From positions 1 through 27,578 of the forward strand of contig JANQSQ010000584.1 in the NCBI GenBank assembly GCA_028283985.1: DNA of 27,578 nucleotides, read 5' to 3'. Shown here piece by piece: positions 1-8,998 of this stretch. The position numbers were made by a program, and so were the translations under genes. The DNA is from Rhodothermales bacterium (GTDB taxonomy: Bacteria > Bacteroidota > Rhodothermia > Rhodothermales > VXPQ01). The notes beneath the pieces were generated by a model, which did no database searches, was not told the origin of the DNA, and was given only the letters and a program-made list of their open reading frames with translations. Position 1 is the stretch's first letter; each line of letters begins with the position of its first letter.

Positions 1-199
1 CGTATTCCGGAGGCAGGCTGCATCGAATGCGCCGGAGGAACTGGTGAGCCGCCCCGCGGGAATGGCCCGGCTTGCGGGCACGCAACGTCTGCTGAGCATG
101 CTGCAGGAAGGAGCATCGCCCGAAACCGTCATCGCATCGTGGGAACAAGAAGTGCTCGCCTTTCGCGAGATGCGCGCGGCGTCGCTCCTTTATCCGTGA
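1..199 (+). CDS. 3' end (partial) of an exo-beta-N-acetylmuramidase NamZ / DUF1343-like protein
   Basis: The frame from position 2 reads ...RLAGTQRLLSMLQEGASPETVIASWEQEVLAFREMRAASLLYP* (TGA 197-199). This matches the remembered DUF1343 C-terminal pattern (L.GT..l...i..G.s.eeI..sW...l..F...R..yLLY). It is not in the ORF track because it lacks a start. Confidence 0.7.
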   Translation, partial: VFRRQAASNAPEELVSRPAGMARLAGTQRLLSMLQEGASPETVIASWEQEVLAFREMRAASLLYP

Positions 200-243
200 G
201 GCAACCGTTGATCGGCTGCCTGTCGAGCAGTTTACCGGACTGC

Positions 244-531
244 TTACCGAGCAGTGGGCCGGGATTTTTTCGGAGAATCTTTCTCCTCTTCCGGCCGCGC
301 GAGAATAGCCCAGATGATCTCCAGATATCCGCCCAGAATAATGAGGGGGGCAATGTACAGCGAAACGAATCCTTCCACCTGGTTGTCGATACGCATCATC
401 GCGTATCCCAGCACCACCGCAGCCACGCCGATCAGGAGCAGCAGATAATTCTTGCGGCGAAACACCATGCGCACACTGCGGCGTTGCTTGCGGGCCTGCG
501 GAGTGCGTCGTCGTCCGGAAGGCTTTGCCAT
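244..531 (-). CDS. DUF3098-like small membrane protein (two TM helices)
   Basis: F.RKNYLLLLIGVAAVVLGYAMM ... SLYIAPLIILGGYLEIIWAIL matches the Bacteroidota/Rhodothermota DUF3098 pattern. Confidence 0.75.
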   Translation of the reverse strand: MAKPSGRRRTPQARKQRRSVRMVFRRKNYLLLLIGVAAVVLGYAMMRIDNQVEGFVSLYIAPLIILGGYLEIIWAILARPEEEKDSPKKSRPTAR

Positions 532-618
532 CTATACCATGAACAGGATGTGCATCAAAACGTACTGTCAAGGCGAACCCGACGGCTGCATTCAGGTTCC
601 ATGTTCTGGCGATCCCTT

Positions 619-2085
619 ATGCGAAACACCGTGAACGATTTACCTGCTACGAAGCGCCGACGCCTTGCAACCCTGCCGGCAGCGGTTATCGCTCTTGCAC
701 TCGCAACGGCCCCTGCCGGCCTGCCGCCGGACCTCGATACCATTCTCAACGGGTCCATCTCCCGGAACGCTTTCTGGGGCGTGTATGTGCAGCATGTCGA
801 AACGGGCGAAACCTGGTACGAGCACAACGCCTCGAACGCTTTTATCCCCGCATCCAATCAGAAAATTTTCACTTCGGCCACTGCGCTCGACGCTCTTGGA
901 AGCGATTACCGGTACCGCACCGTGCTGTATTTCGACGGGCAGGTGGAAGAGAGCATCCTGAAAGGCGATCTCGTACTCCGCGGGTCGGGCGACCCCACGT
1001 TCGGAAGCGAGCAGGTCCGCCGCGGGGATCCGCTGAGAACATGGGCAACGGATCTGGCCAACATGGGCATCGCGCGAATCGAGGGACGTATCGTGGGAGA
1101 TGACAATGCCTTCGACGATCAGCCGTATGCCGAGGGCTGGGATATCGACTTCGTCACCTCAAGGGCCAGCCGCGAGGTGGGCGTAAGCATTGGCGGCCTT
1201 GCATACAACGACAATGTGGTCCTGGTAAATATCCGGGCAGGCTCCCCGGGGCGTCCCGCCCGGATCCGTATGAATCCCGACGGATTTCTCGATTTCCGGA
1301 ACCGTATGGTCACGGCCAACCGGCGGCGGGGCATCGCCATCACGACGCACCGGGACTTCAGAAACGAACGGATTACCCTGCAAGGAAGCCTCCCCCGCAC
1401 GTATAACGGAACGGTCGGGGTCCCGGTCGCGAATCCCACGGCCTTTGCCGCCGCCACCTTTACAAAATATCTGCGCGAAGCGGGCATCGAGGTGCAAGGC
1501 GAACCGGTCGATATCGATGATCTGAACAATTTCCGGTACGACATGGAGCAGCCCTTATTCGTGTATGTATCGCCTCCGCTACTGGATATTCTGCACATCG
1601 TCAACAAGGAAAGCAATAATTTCTATGCAGAACAGGTTTTTCGAACGTATGCTTCCAACGGCTCTGCGCAGGGTGCGGAAAACCGAGTCAAGCGACTGTT
1701 GCGCCGAGCCGGGGCCGCGACGGGAGACATCGAGATTCGTGACGGGTCGGGATTGTCCCGCAAAAACATGATTACGCCGCGCGCCATGGGCAACCTGTTG
1801 ACCTACATGCACGGACACGAACAGCGTGAAGCATTTCTTGCTTCGCTCGCCAGGGGCGGAGAGCGGGGGTCCACGCTTCGCTATCGACTGAATCGGGTAC
1901 CCGTCCGGGCGAAAACAGGCTCCCTCGAATTCGTGCGGTCTCTGAGCGGCTACGTTACGACGCAGGGCGGGCAAACGCTGGCCTTCGCTGTTTTCGCCAA
2001 CAACTGCTCGGGGCCATCCTACCGGATCACGCAAACGATCGACCGCATCGTTATGGAACTGGCCGCCTCTTCTTCCCCATCGTAA
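619..2085 (+). CDS. dacB: D-alanyl-D-alanine carboxypeptidase/endopeptidase (PBP4, peptidase S13)
   Basis: It has the SxxK motif (PASNQK), SxN (KESNNFYAE), KTG (AKTGSL), plus GDLVLRGSGDPTF and DGSGLSR. The start is placed at ATG 619, ahead of a signal-like hydrophobic stretch. The ORF-track extension to 139 overlaps the DUF3098 gene. Confidence 0.93.
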   Translation: MRNTVNDLPATKRRRLATLPAAVIALALATAPAGLPPDLDTILNGSISRNAFWGVYVQHVETGETWYEHNASNAFIPASNQKIFTSATALDALGSDYRYRTVLYFDGQVEESILKGDLVLRGSGDPTFGSEQVRRGDPLRTWATDLANMGIARIEGRIVGDDNAFDDQPYAEGWDIDFVTSRASREVGVSIGGLAYNDNVVLVNIRAGSPGRPARIRMNPDGFLDFRNRMVTANRRRGIAITTHRDFRNERITLQGSLPRTYNGTVGVPVANPTAFAAATFTKYLREAGIEVQGEPVDIDDLNNFRYDMEQPLFVYVSPPLLDILHIVNKESNNFYAEQVFRTYASNGSAQGAENRVKRLLRRAGAATGDIEIRDGSGLSRKNMITPRAMGNLLTYMHGHEQREAFLASLARGGERGSTLRYRLNRVPVRAKTGSLEFVRSLSGYVTTQGGQTLAFAVFANNCSGPSYRITQTIDRIVMELAASSSPS

Positions 2086-2097
2086 TCCGGCGCCTGC

Positions 2098-2574
2098 ATG
2101 CCCTCATCGCTTGTTTACATTCTCGTCGGCGCATCGATTATCGCTGTGCAATGGCTTTTGCTGGGAAGACTCCATATAGGAAATGCCTGGCCGGACGCCG
2201 TGCTGCTGTACGTAGCCTGGGCGGCAATGCAATTCGGTCGGCGAAAAGGAGCGCTTACGGGATTCGCGAGCGGGTTTTTTATGGATGCCCTCTACGGAAC
2301 ATGGGGTATTCAGATGTTCGTGAAAACGCTGATCGGATTTCTCATAGGGCTTTTCCGGCCCACTGAACGGGAAAGCTTCCCGGTAATCCCGTCGTATATT
2401 TTTGTCGGAAGCCTCGCCGTGGCGCTATTGCACAACGGGCTGTTTGCCCTGTTCATCGCGCTGGACGCAAGCACGAAGAACCCATCCATCGTCACCGGAG
2501 TCTGGCTTGGTTCCTCACTCTACACTGCCGCCCTTGCAGGATTGGCCACGCTCTTCGTGACGAGAACGCGCTGA
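2098..2574 (+). CDS. mreD: rod shape-determining protein MreD
   Basis: A 158-aa polytopic membrane protein with PDAVLLYV..A..FG...GALTGFASGFFMD, typical of MreD. Confidence 0.8.
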   Translation: MPSSLVYILVGASIIAVQWLLLGRLHIGNAWPDAVLLYVAWAAMQFGRRKGALTGFASGFFMDALYGTWGIQMFVKTLIGFLIGLFRPTERESFPVIPSYIFVGSLAVALLHNGLFALFIALDASTKNPSIVTGVWLGSSLYTAALAGLATLFVTRTR

Positions 2575-2586
2575 CGGAATCAATTT

Positions 2587-2650
2587 AGGGCCTGTTAACA
2601 CTGCGAATCCGGGGCAGTGCGGGCGTGAAGCGCCAGGGTCTGTTAGCACC
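2587..2650 (+). repeat. two direct copies of AGGGCCTGTTAACAC-like motif between convergent mreD and dapA
   Basis: agggcctgttaacac (2587-2601) and agggtctgttagcac (2635-2649) match at 13/15. A third copy, agggcctgttaaaact, is at 7066-7081. Confidence 0.55.
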
Positions 2651-2678
2651 AATCGAAGCGGACTTGATCAGAGTATTC

Positions 2679-3566
2679 CTACAGGTGGGGACGAAACGCT
2701 TCGATCACGCGCGGAAGCGTCTCGTCCGTGATTCCGACGAGAGGCAGGCGCAGCCTGCCGTCCATCCGGCCCATTTCCGCCAGCATGGCCTTGACGGGAA
2801 TCGGATTCGTCTCGTAGAAACAGGCCCGCATGGCCTCCAGCAGGTCGAAATGCCCTTGGCGCGCATCGTCGAGGCGGCCTTCCAGCGCCGCGCGAGTCAG
2901 ATTGGAGAACGCCGCAGGCAACACATTGGCGACCACGGAAATCACGCCATGTCCGCCCATCGCAACCAGCGGCAACGTCATTTCGTCGTCGCCGGAATAC
3001 ACGGCCAGATGATCGGGGCGGCCCGCAATCAGGTCGCCTATCTGCGCAATGCTTCCGGAAGCCTCTTTGACGCCAACCACCGAGGGGATTTCCTGCGCCA
3101 GTTCGAGGATGGTGTCCGGAAGAATGTTGAAGCTGGTGCGGCCGGGCACATTGTACAGCACGATCGGACAATGCGTCTCCGCTGCGATCGCTTGTACGTG
3201 AGCCTTGAAGCCCGCTTGCGTCGGTTTGTTGTAGTAGGGCCCCACGACAAGCAGACCGTCGGCGCCGGCGGTTGCCGCCTGCTTCGAAAAGACGATGCTC
3301 TCGCTCGTGGAATTGTTGCCCGTACCTATAATGACGGGCACGCGTCCGTCCACATGCTCTATCGCGGCGATCACAAGTTTTTCGCGCTCTGCGGGCCAGA
3401 TCGTGGCGTTCTCGCCGGTCGTGCCGAGTACAACGAGCGCCTCGACGCCCCCGGCGATCTGCATGTCTGCATGGCGGCGAAACGCCTCGTGATCAATCCG
3501 CTCTCCGTCCGGAGTGAACGGCGTCACGAGGGCCGTTCCGGTGCCGGTAAAAAGAAAATCGCCCAT
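2679..3566 (-). CDS. dapA: 4-hydroxy-tetrahydrodipicolinate synthase
   Basis: Motifs TALVTPF, GTTGE, LYNVPGRT, the Schiff-base Lys in GVKEASG, and ETNPIPVK. Confidence 0.96.
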   Translation of the reverse strand: MGDFLFTGTGTALVTPFTPDGERIDHEAFRRHADMQIAGGVEALVVLGTTGENATIWPAEREKLVIAAIEHVDGRVPVIIGTGNNSTSESIVFSKQAATAGADGLLVVGPYYNKPTQAGFKAHVQAIAAETHCPIVLYNVPGRTSFNILPDTILELAQEIPSVVGVKEASGSIAQIGDLIAGRPDHLAVYSGDDEMTLPLVAMGGHGVISVVANVLPAAFSNLTRAALEGRLDDARQGHFDLLEAMRACFYETNPIPVKAMLAEMGRMDGRLRLPLVGITDETLPRVIEAFRPHL

Positions 3567-3631
3567 GCCTGTGCTATGGTATGATGGTTCCGGTGAAAAA
3601 GTGCGCCTGCCGCATTATGCGCCGGCGCGCA

Positions 3632-4390
3632 TTATGATCCGAGCCATTCGGCCAGCAGATCGTCCAGCGTAAAGAGTCCTTTCCGGCCCGAAAGCCATTC
3701 GGCAGCCCGTACGGCGCCGAACGCGAAACCACGCCGGCTTTTCGCCTCGTGCGAAAACACCAGTTTGTCGAACGGGCTGTCGAGCGAAACATCGTGCTTG
3801 CCGACCACGCCGCCCAGCCGGGACGAGGTCACGTGCAGCGCATGCGCATCGATGCGCCCGTGTTGCGTTTCGGTTTCAATATGGTCCTTCCTCTTGAGCC
3901 CCTCCACAATCAGATCGGCCAGCATGAGCGCCGTACCGGAAGGGCTGTCGGCCTTGCCGATATGATGCACTTCGTGGACAGCCGCATCGTATTCCGGCAA
4001 CTTGTCAAGGAGCGGCAGGATGGAGCGGACAACCTGTGCGAGCAAGGCCACGCCAATGGAAAAATTCGGGGCATAGAGGATAGCGCCGTCGTACTTGTCC
4101 ACCAGCGCCTGCGCCTCGTCGAGCCGGTCATACCATCCGGTCGTGCCGATCACGGCGGGAAGACCCCACCGGCAATACCGTGCGATATTCTCCGGAACCG
4201 CATCGGGAAGGGTAAAGTCGATGATCGCATCGGCGGATTCCAGCGCATCAGGCAGATCCGGGACATCGGGCAGAGACGGGTACCGGTCGATGTACTCGTC
4301 GAACCGGGCCACGATTTCGTGCCCGCGCCTCGCAGCGAGTTCGCTCACCGCTTCGCCCATCCGTCCCATTCCAACCAATGCTATTCGCAT
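3632..4390 (-). CDS. dapB: 4-hydroxy-tetrahydrodipicolinate reductase
   Basis: Motifs GMGRMG (Rossmann), IDFT, VIGTTG, APNFSIG, EVHHIGKADSPSGTA and GFAFGAVRAAEWL. Confidence 0.96.
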   Translation of the reverse strand: MRIALVGMGRMGEAVSELAARRGHEIVARFDEYIDRYPSLPDVPDLPDALESADAIIDFTLPDAVPENIARYCRWGLPAVIGTTGWYDRLDEAQALVDKYDGAILYAPNFSIGVALLAQVVRSILPLLDKLPEYDAAVHEVHHIGKADSPSGTALMLADLIVEGLKRKDHIETETQHGRIDAHALHVTSSRLGGVVGKHDVSLDSPFDKLVFSHEAKSRRGFAFGAVRAAEWLSGRKGLFTLDDLLAEWLGS

Positions 4391-4438
4391 AGTATGTCCC
4401 CGGTCTTTGTCGAGGCTACAGGCTCATAGGCCCTGCCG

Positions 4439-6907
4439 TCAGGCTCCCAGTTCCGCCGCTTTGATCAGGTCGGCCAGAATACCCGCCGCCGTCACCTCCG
4501 GACCGGCGCCCGGCCCCTGCACCACCAGCGGATTGTCGAGGTAGCGCTCCGTCGTATACACGACCATGTTATTGCTGCCATCGAGCCGCGCAAAAGGCGA
4601 ACTCTGTTCGATAAGACGTGTTTGCACACTCAATTGCCCCTCCTCCATGCGGCCGATGTACTGCAAACGCTGCCCCGCGCCGGCAGCTTCCTCGATACGT
4701 TCTTTCCATACGGCGTCCAGTTCGGTGGCCCGCTCCATGAACTCGGCCAACGGCGCCTCGCGCAAGGGAGGCGGCACCAACGAATCGACCGAAATATCAC
4801 CGCGTTCGACCCGGAGCCCTGCCTCCCGGGCCAGAATGAGGATCTTGCGCGCCACATCCTCTCCTTGCAGGTCTTCCCTCGGATCCGGCTCCGTGTAGCC
4901 CTTCTCGCGGGCGGTGCGCACGGCCTCGGAAAACTCCGTCCCCATCGCCATGCTATAGAAGATAAAGGCCAGCGTCCCCGAAAATACGCCCTCGATCCGT
5001 ATCACCCGGTCGCCGCTTCGAATCAGGTCGCGCAGCGTGGAAATCACCGGCAAGCCGGCGCCCACCGTCGTCTCGTAGAGATACGGGACCTGCCGGCGGT
5101 GCGCTGCGCTTAAAAGTTCTTCGTAGAACGACTGGTCCTGCGTATTGGCGCGCTTGTTGGGCGTGATGATCGATATGGAACGCGAAAGCAGTTCAGGATA
5201 CTTCGAGGCTACCTGCTCGGAAGCCGTAGCATCGATGACCATCATCCGGTGCAACCGCCCTTCCCGGAGTTGATCCATCACGGCGTCGATCCCTCCCTCC
5301 GTTCCATTTTCCAGCGCTTCGAGCGCATGAGCAAAGGGGATGCCCTCCACATTCCAGGCCATTTTCCTGGTATTGGCAAGCCCTACAAGCTGGATGTTCA
5401 GCCTGAGGTCCCGCAAGAGCGTTTCCTGCTGATTTTCCAGCATCTTCAGCAGCGCCCGCCCGACCACGCCGGCGCCGATGAGAAAGACATGCACCCTGTG
5501 CCGCACCAGCGCGAATTCATCGTGCAGGGCATGCACGGCGTGCTTCACCTCCGCATCGGATACGACCGCCGAAATGTTCGTTTCCGCCGCGCCCTGCGCA
5601 ATCGCCAGCACGTTGACCCCGTCCCGTCCTAACGTGGAAAACATGCGGCCGGCCAGACCGGGGCGCTGCCGCATATTGTCGCCCACCACCGATACGATGG
5701 CGCATTGCTCCATGGTATATACACGGCCGACATCGCCCCGGACCAGTTCGAGCTCGCACTCTTCCCGGATCAGATTGGCGGAAAGTTCGGCGTTCTCGGC
5801 CCGCACTACCGTGCAGAGGCTCTGTTCCGACGAGGCCTGCGCAATCAAAAACACATTGATGCCCCGGGCGGCCAGCGCGGTCAGCGCACGCGCGGAAATG
5901 CCCGGTATCCCGACAAACCCTGTCCCCTCCAGCATAACCACCGCCACATCCCGGATCGCGGTAATGGCTTTGACATGCCCCTCCATCGTCGTCGTATCCT
6001 TCGAAATAAGGGTGCCCGGCGCCGATGGATTCAGCGTATTCCGAATGCAAAGAGGGATATTCCGGGGAAGCAGGGGGCGCATCGTACGGGAATGCAGCAC
6101 TTCCGCCCCGAAATAGGCGAGTTCCGCCGCTTCCCGGTAACTCAACCTGGGCAGTGCGAAAGCCTCCGGCACCAACCGGGGATCGGCGGACAGCACCCCA
6201 TCCACATCGGTCCAGATGGTAACGCGCTCCGCCTCGAGAGCGGCCCCGATAATGGCAGCCGTATAATCGCTCCCCGAACGACCCAGCGTGGTCGATACCT
6301 TGCGTACCGTGGACGCAATGAAGCCGGTCGCCACCACAATGTCACCCTTTTTGCAGGAAGCGAAACGGGCGCGGATCCGTTCATTCGTCTCGTCGAACAG
6401 TACATTCGCTTCCCCGAACGAGGCATCCGTGCAAATGATATTCCTGGCGTCCACGGCCTCTGCATCCTGACCCGCCGCGCGAAAGGCGGCCGCCACCATC
6501 GGAGCGGATAACTGCTCTCCCAGGCCGAGTACGGCATCGCGAGCCCGGTCCGTACATTCCCGAAGCAGGTACACGCCATCGAGAAGTTCGGTGAGTTCCA
6601 GCATTCTGGCCTCGAGCAGCCCTTGAAGGGAAGCCCTCTCCTCATCATTCACCAGGGCGTCTGCAACGGCAAGATGCCGCTCCCCGAGTTCGCGAAGTAT
6701 GTCGCCATGGTTGCCGGCGCGCGCAATGGCCAGATCGATCGCTTCGAGAAGCGTGTCCGTCACCCCGCCCAGCGCAGATACCACCACGATACGCAACCCA
6801 TCGCGATCTTCGTTCGATACGAGATCGACTGCCTGCCGGATGCGTTCCGCCGTCGCCACGGAGGTGCCGCCAAACTTGTGTATGTAAACGGGGCGTCCGG
6901 AGGGCAT
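4439..6907 (-). CDS. thrA: bifunctional aspartate kinase / homoserine dehydrogenase I
   Basis: Aspartate kinase motifs KFGGTSV, TLGRSGSDY and WTDVDGVLSADPR, then two ACT domains, then GAGVVG, YETTVGAGLP, GYTEPDPREDL and GPGAGPEVTA. The start is placed at ATG 6907; the track start at 6952 is possible. Confidence 0.95.
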   Translation of the reverse strand: MPSGRPVYIHKFGGTSVATAERIRQAVDLVSNEDRDGLRIVVVSALGGVTDTLLEAIDLAIARAGNHGDILRELGERHLAVADALVNDEERASLQGLLEARMLELTELLDGVYLLRECTDRARDAVLGLGEQLSAPMVAAAFRAAGQDAEAVDARNIICTDASFGEANVLFDETNERIRARFASCKKGDIVVATGFIASTVRKVSTTLGRSGSDYTAAIIGAALEAERVTIWTDVDGVLSADPRLVPEAFALPRLSYREAAELAYFGAEVLHSRTMRPLLPRNIPLCIRNTLNPSAPGTLISKDTTTMEGHVKAITAIRDVAVVMLEGTGFVGIPGISARALTALAARGINVFLIAQASSEQSLCTVVRAENAELSANLIREECELELVRGDVGRVYTMEQCAIVSVVGDNMRQRPGLAGRMFSTLGRDGVNVLAIAQGAAETNISAVVSDAEVKHAVHALHDEFALVRHRVHVFLIGAGVVGRALLKMLENQQETLLRDLRLNIQLVGLANTRKMAWNVEGIPFAHALEALENGTEGGIDAVMDQLREGRLHRMMVIDATASEQVASKYPELLSRSISIITPNKRANTQDQSFYEELLSAAHRRQVPYLYETTVGAGLPVISTLRDLIRSGDRVIRIEGVFSGTLAFIFYSMAMGTEFSEAVRTAREKGYTEPDPREDLQGEDVARKILILAREAGLRVERGDISVDSLVPPPLREAPLAEFMERATELDAVWKERIEEAAGAGQRLQYIGRMEEGQLSVQTRLIEQSSPFARLDGSNNMVVYTTERYLDNPLVVQGPGAGPEVTAAGILADLIKAAELGA

Positions 6908-7065
6908 GGGAGGGTACGGAGTCAATGCGGGTTGGCTGCACCGGCGGGGCAAACCCGGATATCAAAAACCCGCCCGGCGACTATTTGTCCCGGCGCGGAT
7001 ATCCGTTCGCGGAAATGCAGTATATCCCGATAAGATACGCCGGACGGGGAAGAGGCGGGAAAGTC

Positions 7066-7081
7066 AGGGCCTGTTAAAACT
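7066..7081 (+). repeat. third copy of AGGGCCTGTTAA(C/A)AC motif
   Basis: agggcctgttaaaact lies in the thrA/sulfatase intergenic region and matches 2587-2602 at 15/16. Confidence 0.5.
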
Positions 7082-7113
7082 ATACAGCGATGCTCTGTTC
7101 CTTCCGGTTCGGA

Positions 7114-8886
7114 TCAGTCGAGACGATGCGTGATTTCAACCTGATGAGGACCCCTCGCGAGATCCGGTTCTTCCAGAGAAACCTCAAGCCGGATCGGGCC
7201 CGCGGGCAGGGAAATACCTTCATACTGCACGACCCCCTCTCCTGTTGCAGCCTCCACGGAGTACTCCATCTCGTCTGCCCGGAGCCGCGCGGTCAGCGGT
7301 TTGTCGGAGGGGTCGAACCGTACCAGCACGTCATAGGTCCCTTCGCCCCTGACGTCCAGTAACCAGAACCCCTGCGCGTTGCGGCGCCATCCCCCCTGTA
7401 TGAAGCGCCAGTCCTGCCGGGTCAGGACCGTCGGGTTTTCGCGCGGCGTGCCCACATGAATACGCGGAGGAGCATAGTTGTCGGGCCGGGTGCTGCTCAC
7501 ATCGTCGAACCAGGCGTCGTAGCGCGCCGTCAGGTCCTCCACGACGTCAGCGCGCTCGGCAGCCAGATCCGTAAGGGCGTACGGATCTTCCAGCATGTCG
7601 TACAACTCGAACGCCGGCCCCCCTTCCGGCAACGCCTCCAGCCCGAACCCGCTGCCGTTGACCAGCTTCCAGCGCGGCGTGCGCACCGAGACGTGATGGT
7701 AACGGTCCGGCGCATTGCCGCGGTGCGTTTGCAGGACAAGCATGCGATCGCCCTGATCCACTTCCTCGCCCAGCAACGCCGGCAAGAGGCTCTGTCCGTC
7801 GATCGCGCGGTCGTCAGGAAGCGCCACGCCCGCTGCATCGAGCATGGTGGGCATCAGGTCGATATGCGCCGAAATGTGATCGTCGAGGCGTCCCGGGGTA
7901 AGCCGCGCAGGCCAGCGCACCAGAAGCGGCGAGCGGATCCCTCCCTCATGCACCCCGGCTTTCATGCCTTGCATGCCCGCCACGTAGCGGCGCGTATTCG
8001 GGCCGTTATCGACAATGAACAGGACCATCGTGTTCTCCGCCAGACCCGACTCGTCGAGCCAGGCCGTGAGCCGCCCCATGTTGTCGTCGATGTTGTCGAT
8101 CATGGCGAATATACGGGCCAGACGGTCCGGATCGTTCTCTTCCGGCAGCGGGTGTCCGGCCTCCTGCGGAAATCGCGCGGGGGACAGGTCCTGGCCTGCG
8201 TAGTACGCATACAGGTCCTCCGGCACGTCGTGGTACGGCGAATGGGGCGCGTTCGCGGCGATATAGGCGAAGAACGGGCGCCCCGCCGCATGTTCGGTTT
8301 CCATCCACCGGCGAGCCTCGTCGAAGTAAATGTCGGTGCAATACCCGGTCATTTGCTCCAGTTTGCCGTTGCGCAGCAGGATCGGATCGGTGTAGGCTCC
8401 TTCGCCGCCCGGCGGATCCGAGGGTTGGCCGATTCCTCCGCCCCGGTGTACGAGCGCCTCTTCGAACCCCTGGTCCTGCGGACGCATGGGGTAGTTGTCT
8501 CCAAGGTGCCACTTCCCGAAGATGCCCGTAGCATAGCCGGCGTCCCGGAGCAATTCCGCGACAGTGATCTCGTCCGGTTCCATCATGGCCCGGCCCACCC
8601 AGGTATCCACCACACGGGTACGGTAGTTGTACCGCCCCGTCATGAGCGATGCGCGCGTGGGAGCGCACACCGGACTGACATAAAACGGGTTGACCTGGAT
8701 GCTTTCCGTGGCCAGTTGATCCAGATTGGGCGTCCGGAGGATCGGGTTGCCCGTAAACCCGAAATCTCCATACCCCTGGTCATCCGTAATGACGAGGATG
8801 ATGTTTGGAGACGTATCGCCGGAAGGAACGGCGCATCCTGCGAGAAGAAGCAGTGGAACGAGAAATAAGGGAAAAAGGCGCATCAT
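7114..8886 (-). CDS. Cys-type arylsulfatase (sulfatase S1 family), predicted lipoprotein
   Basis: Motifs NIILVITDDQGYGD, CAPTRASLMTGRY (CxPxR), GKWHLG, APHSPY and DNG. Lipobox LAG-C follows MMRLFPLFLVPLLL. A C-terminal extra beta-rich domain is present. Confidence 0.92.
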   Translation of the reverse strand: MMRLFPLFLVPLLLLAGCAVPSGDTSPNIILVITDDQGYGDFGFTGNPILRTPNLDQLATESIQVNPFYVSPVCAPTRASLMTGRYNYRTRVVDTWVGRAMMEPDEITVAELLRDAGYATGIFGKWHLGDNYPMRPQDQGFEEALVHRGGGIGQPSDPPGGEGAYTDPILLRNGKLEQMTGYCTDIYFDEARRWMETEHAAGRPFFAYIAANAPHSPYHDVPEDLYAYYAGQDLSPARFPQEAGHPLPEENDPDRLARIFAMIDNIDDNMGRLTAWLDESGLAENTMVLFIVDNGPNTRRYVAGMQGMKAGVHEGGIRSPLLVRWPARLTPGRLDDHISAHIDLMPTMLDAAGVALPDDRAIDGQSLLPALLGEEVDQGDRMLVLQTHRGNAPDRYHHVSVRTPRWKLVNGSGFGLEALPEGGPAFELYDMLEDPYALTDLAAERADVVEDLTARYDAWFDDVSSTRPDNYAPPRIHVGTPRENPTVLTRQDWRFIQGGWRRNAQGFWLLDVRGEGTYDVLVRFDPSDKPLTARLRADEMEYSVEAATGEGVVQYEGISLPAGPIRLEVSLEEPDLARGPHQVEITHRLD

Positions 8887-8922
8887 GTGGAAAGTTCGGA
8901 TGAATCGGGAAAAATGGCGAGG

Positions 8923-8998
8923 AGTAGGGAAAATACTGAAAAGTAGGGAAATCATAAAAAATCAGGGAAAATGACAAAATGCAGGGAAAACATCGTCA
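8923..8998. repeat. four degenerate 19-bp tandem repeats with AGGGAAA core
   Basis: AGGGAAA cores start at 8926, 8945, 8964 and 8983 (exact 19-bp period), in the A-rich spacer between the two sulfatases. Confidence 0.7.

Noticed and set aside
139-618. 160-aa N-terminal extension of dacB in the ORF track
   Set aside because: It overlaps the convincing opposite-strand DUF3098-like gene and reads as antisense junk. A signal-like region begins only after ATG 619.
2599-2619. Hairpin CACTGC-N9-GCAGTG as a terminator between mreD and dapA
   Set aside because: The stem is only 6 bp with a long loop and no U-tract on either strand, which is too weak to call.
6908-7113. Possible lysine/SAM riboswitch or attenuator upstream of thrA
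   Set aside because: I found no SAM-I or lysine riboswitch core motifs and no Thr/Ile-rich leader peptide. An Rfam cmscan would settle it.
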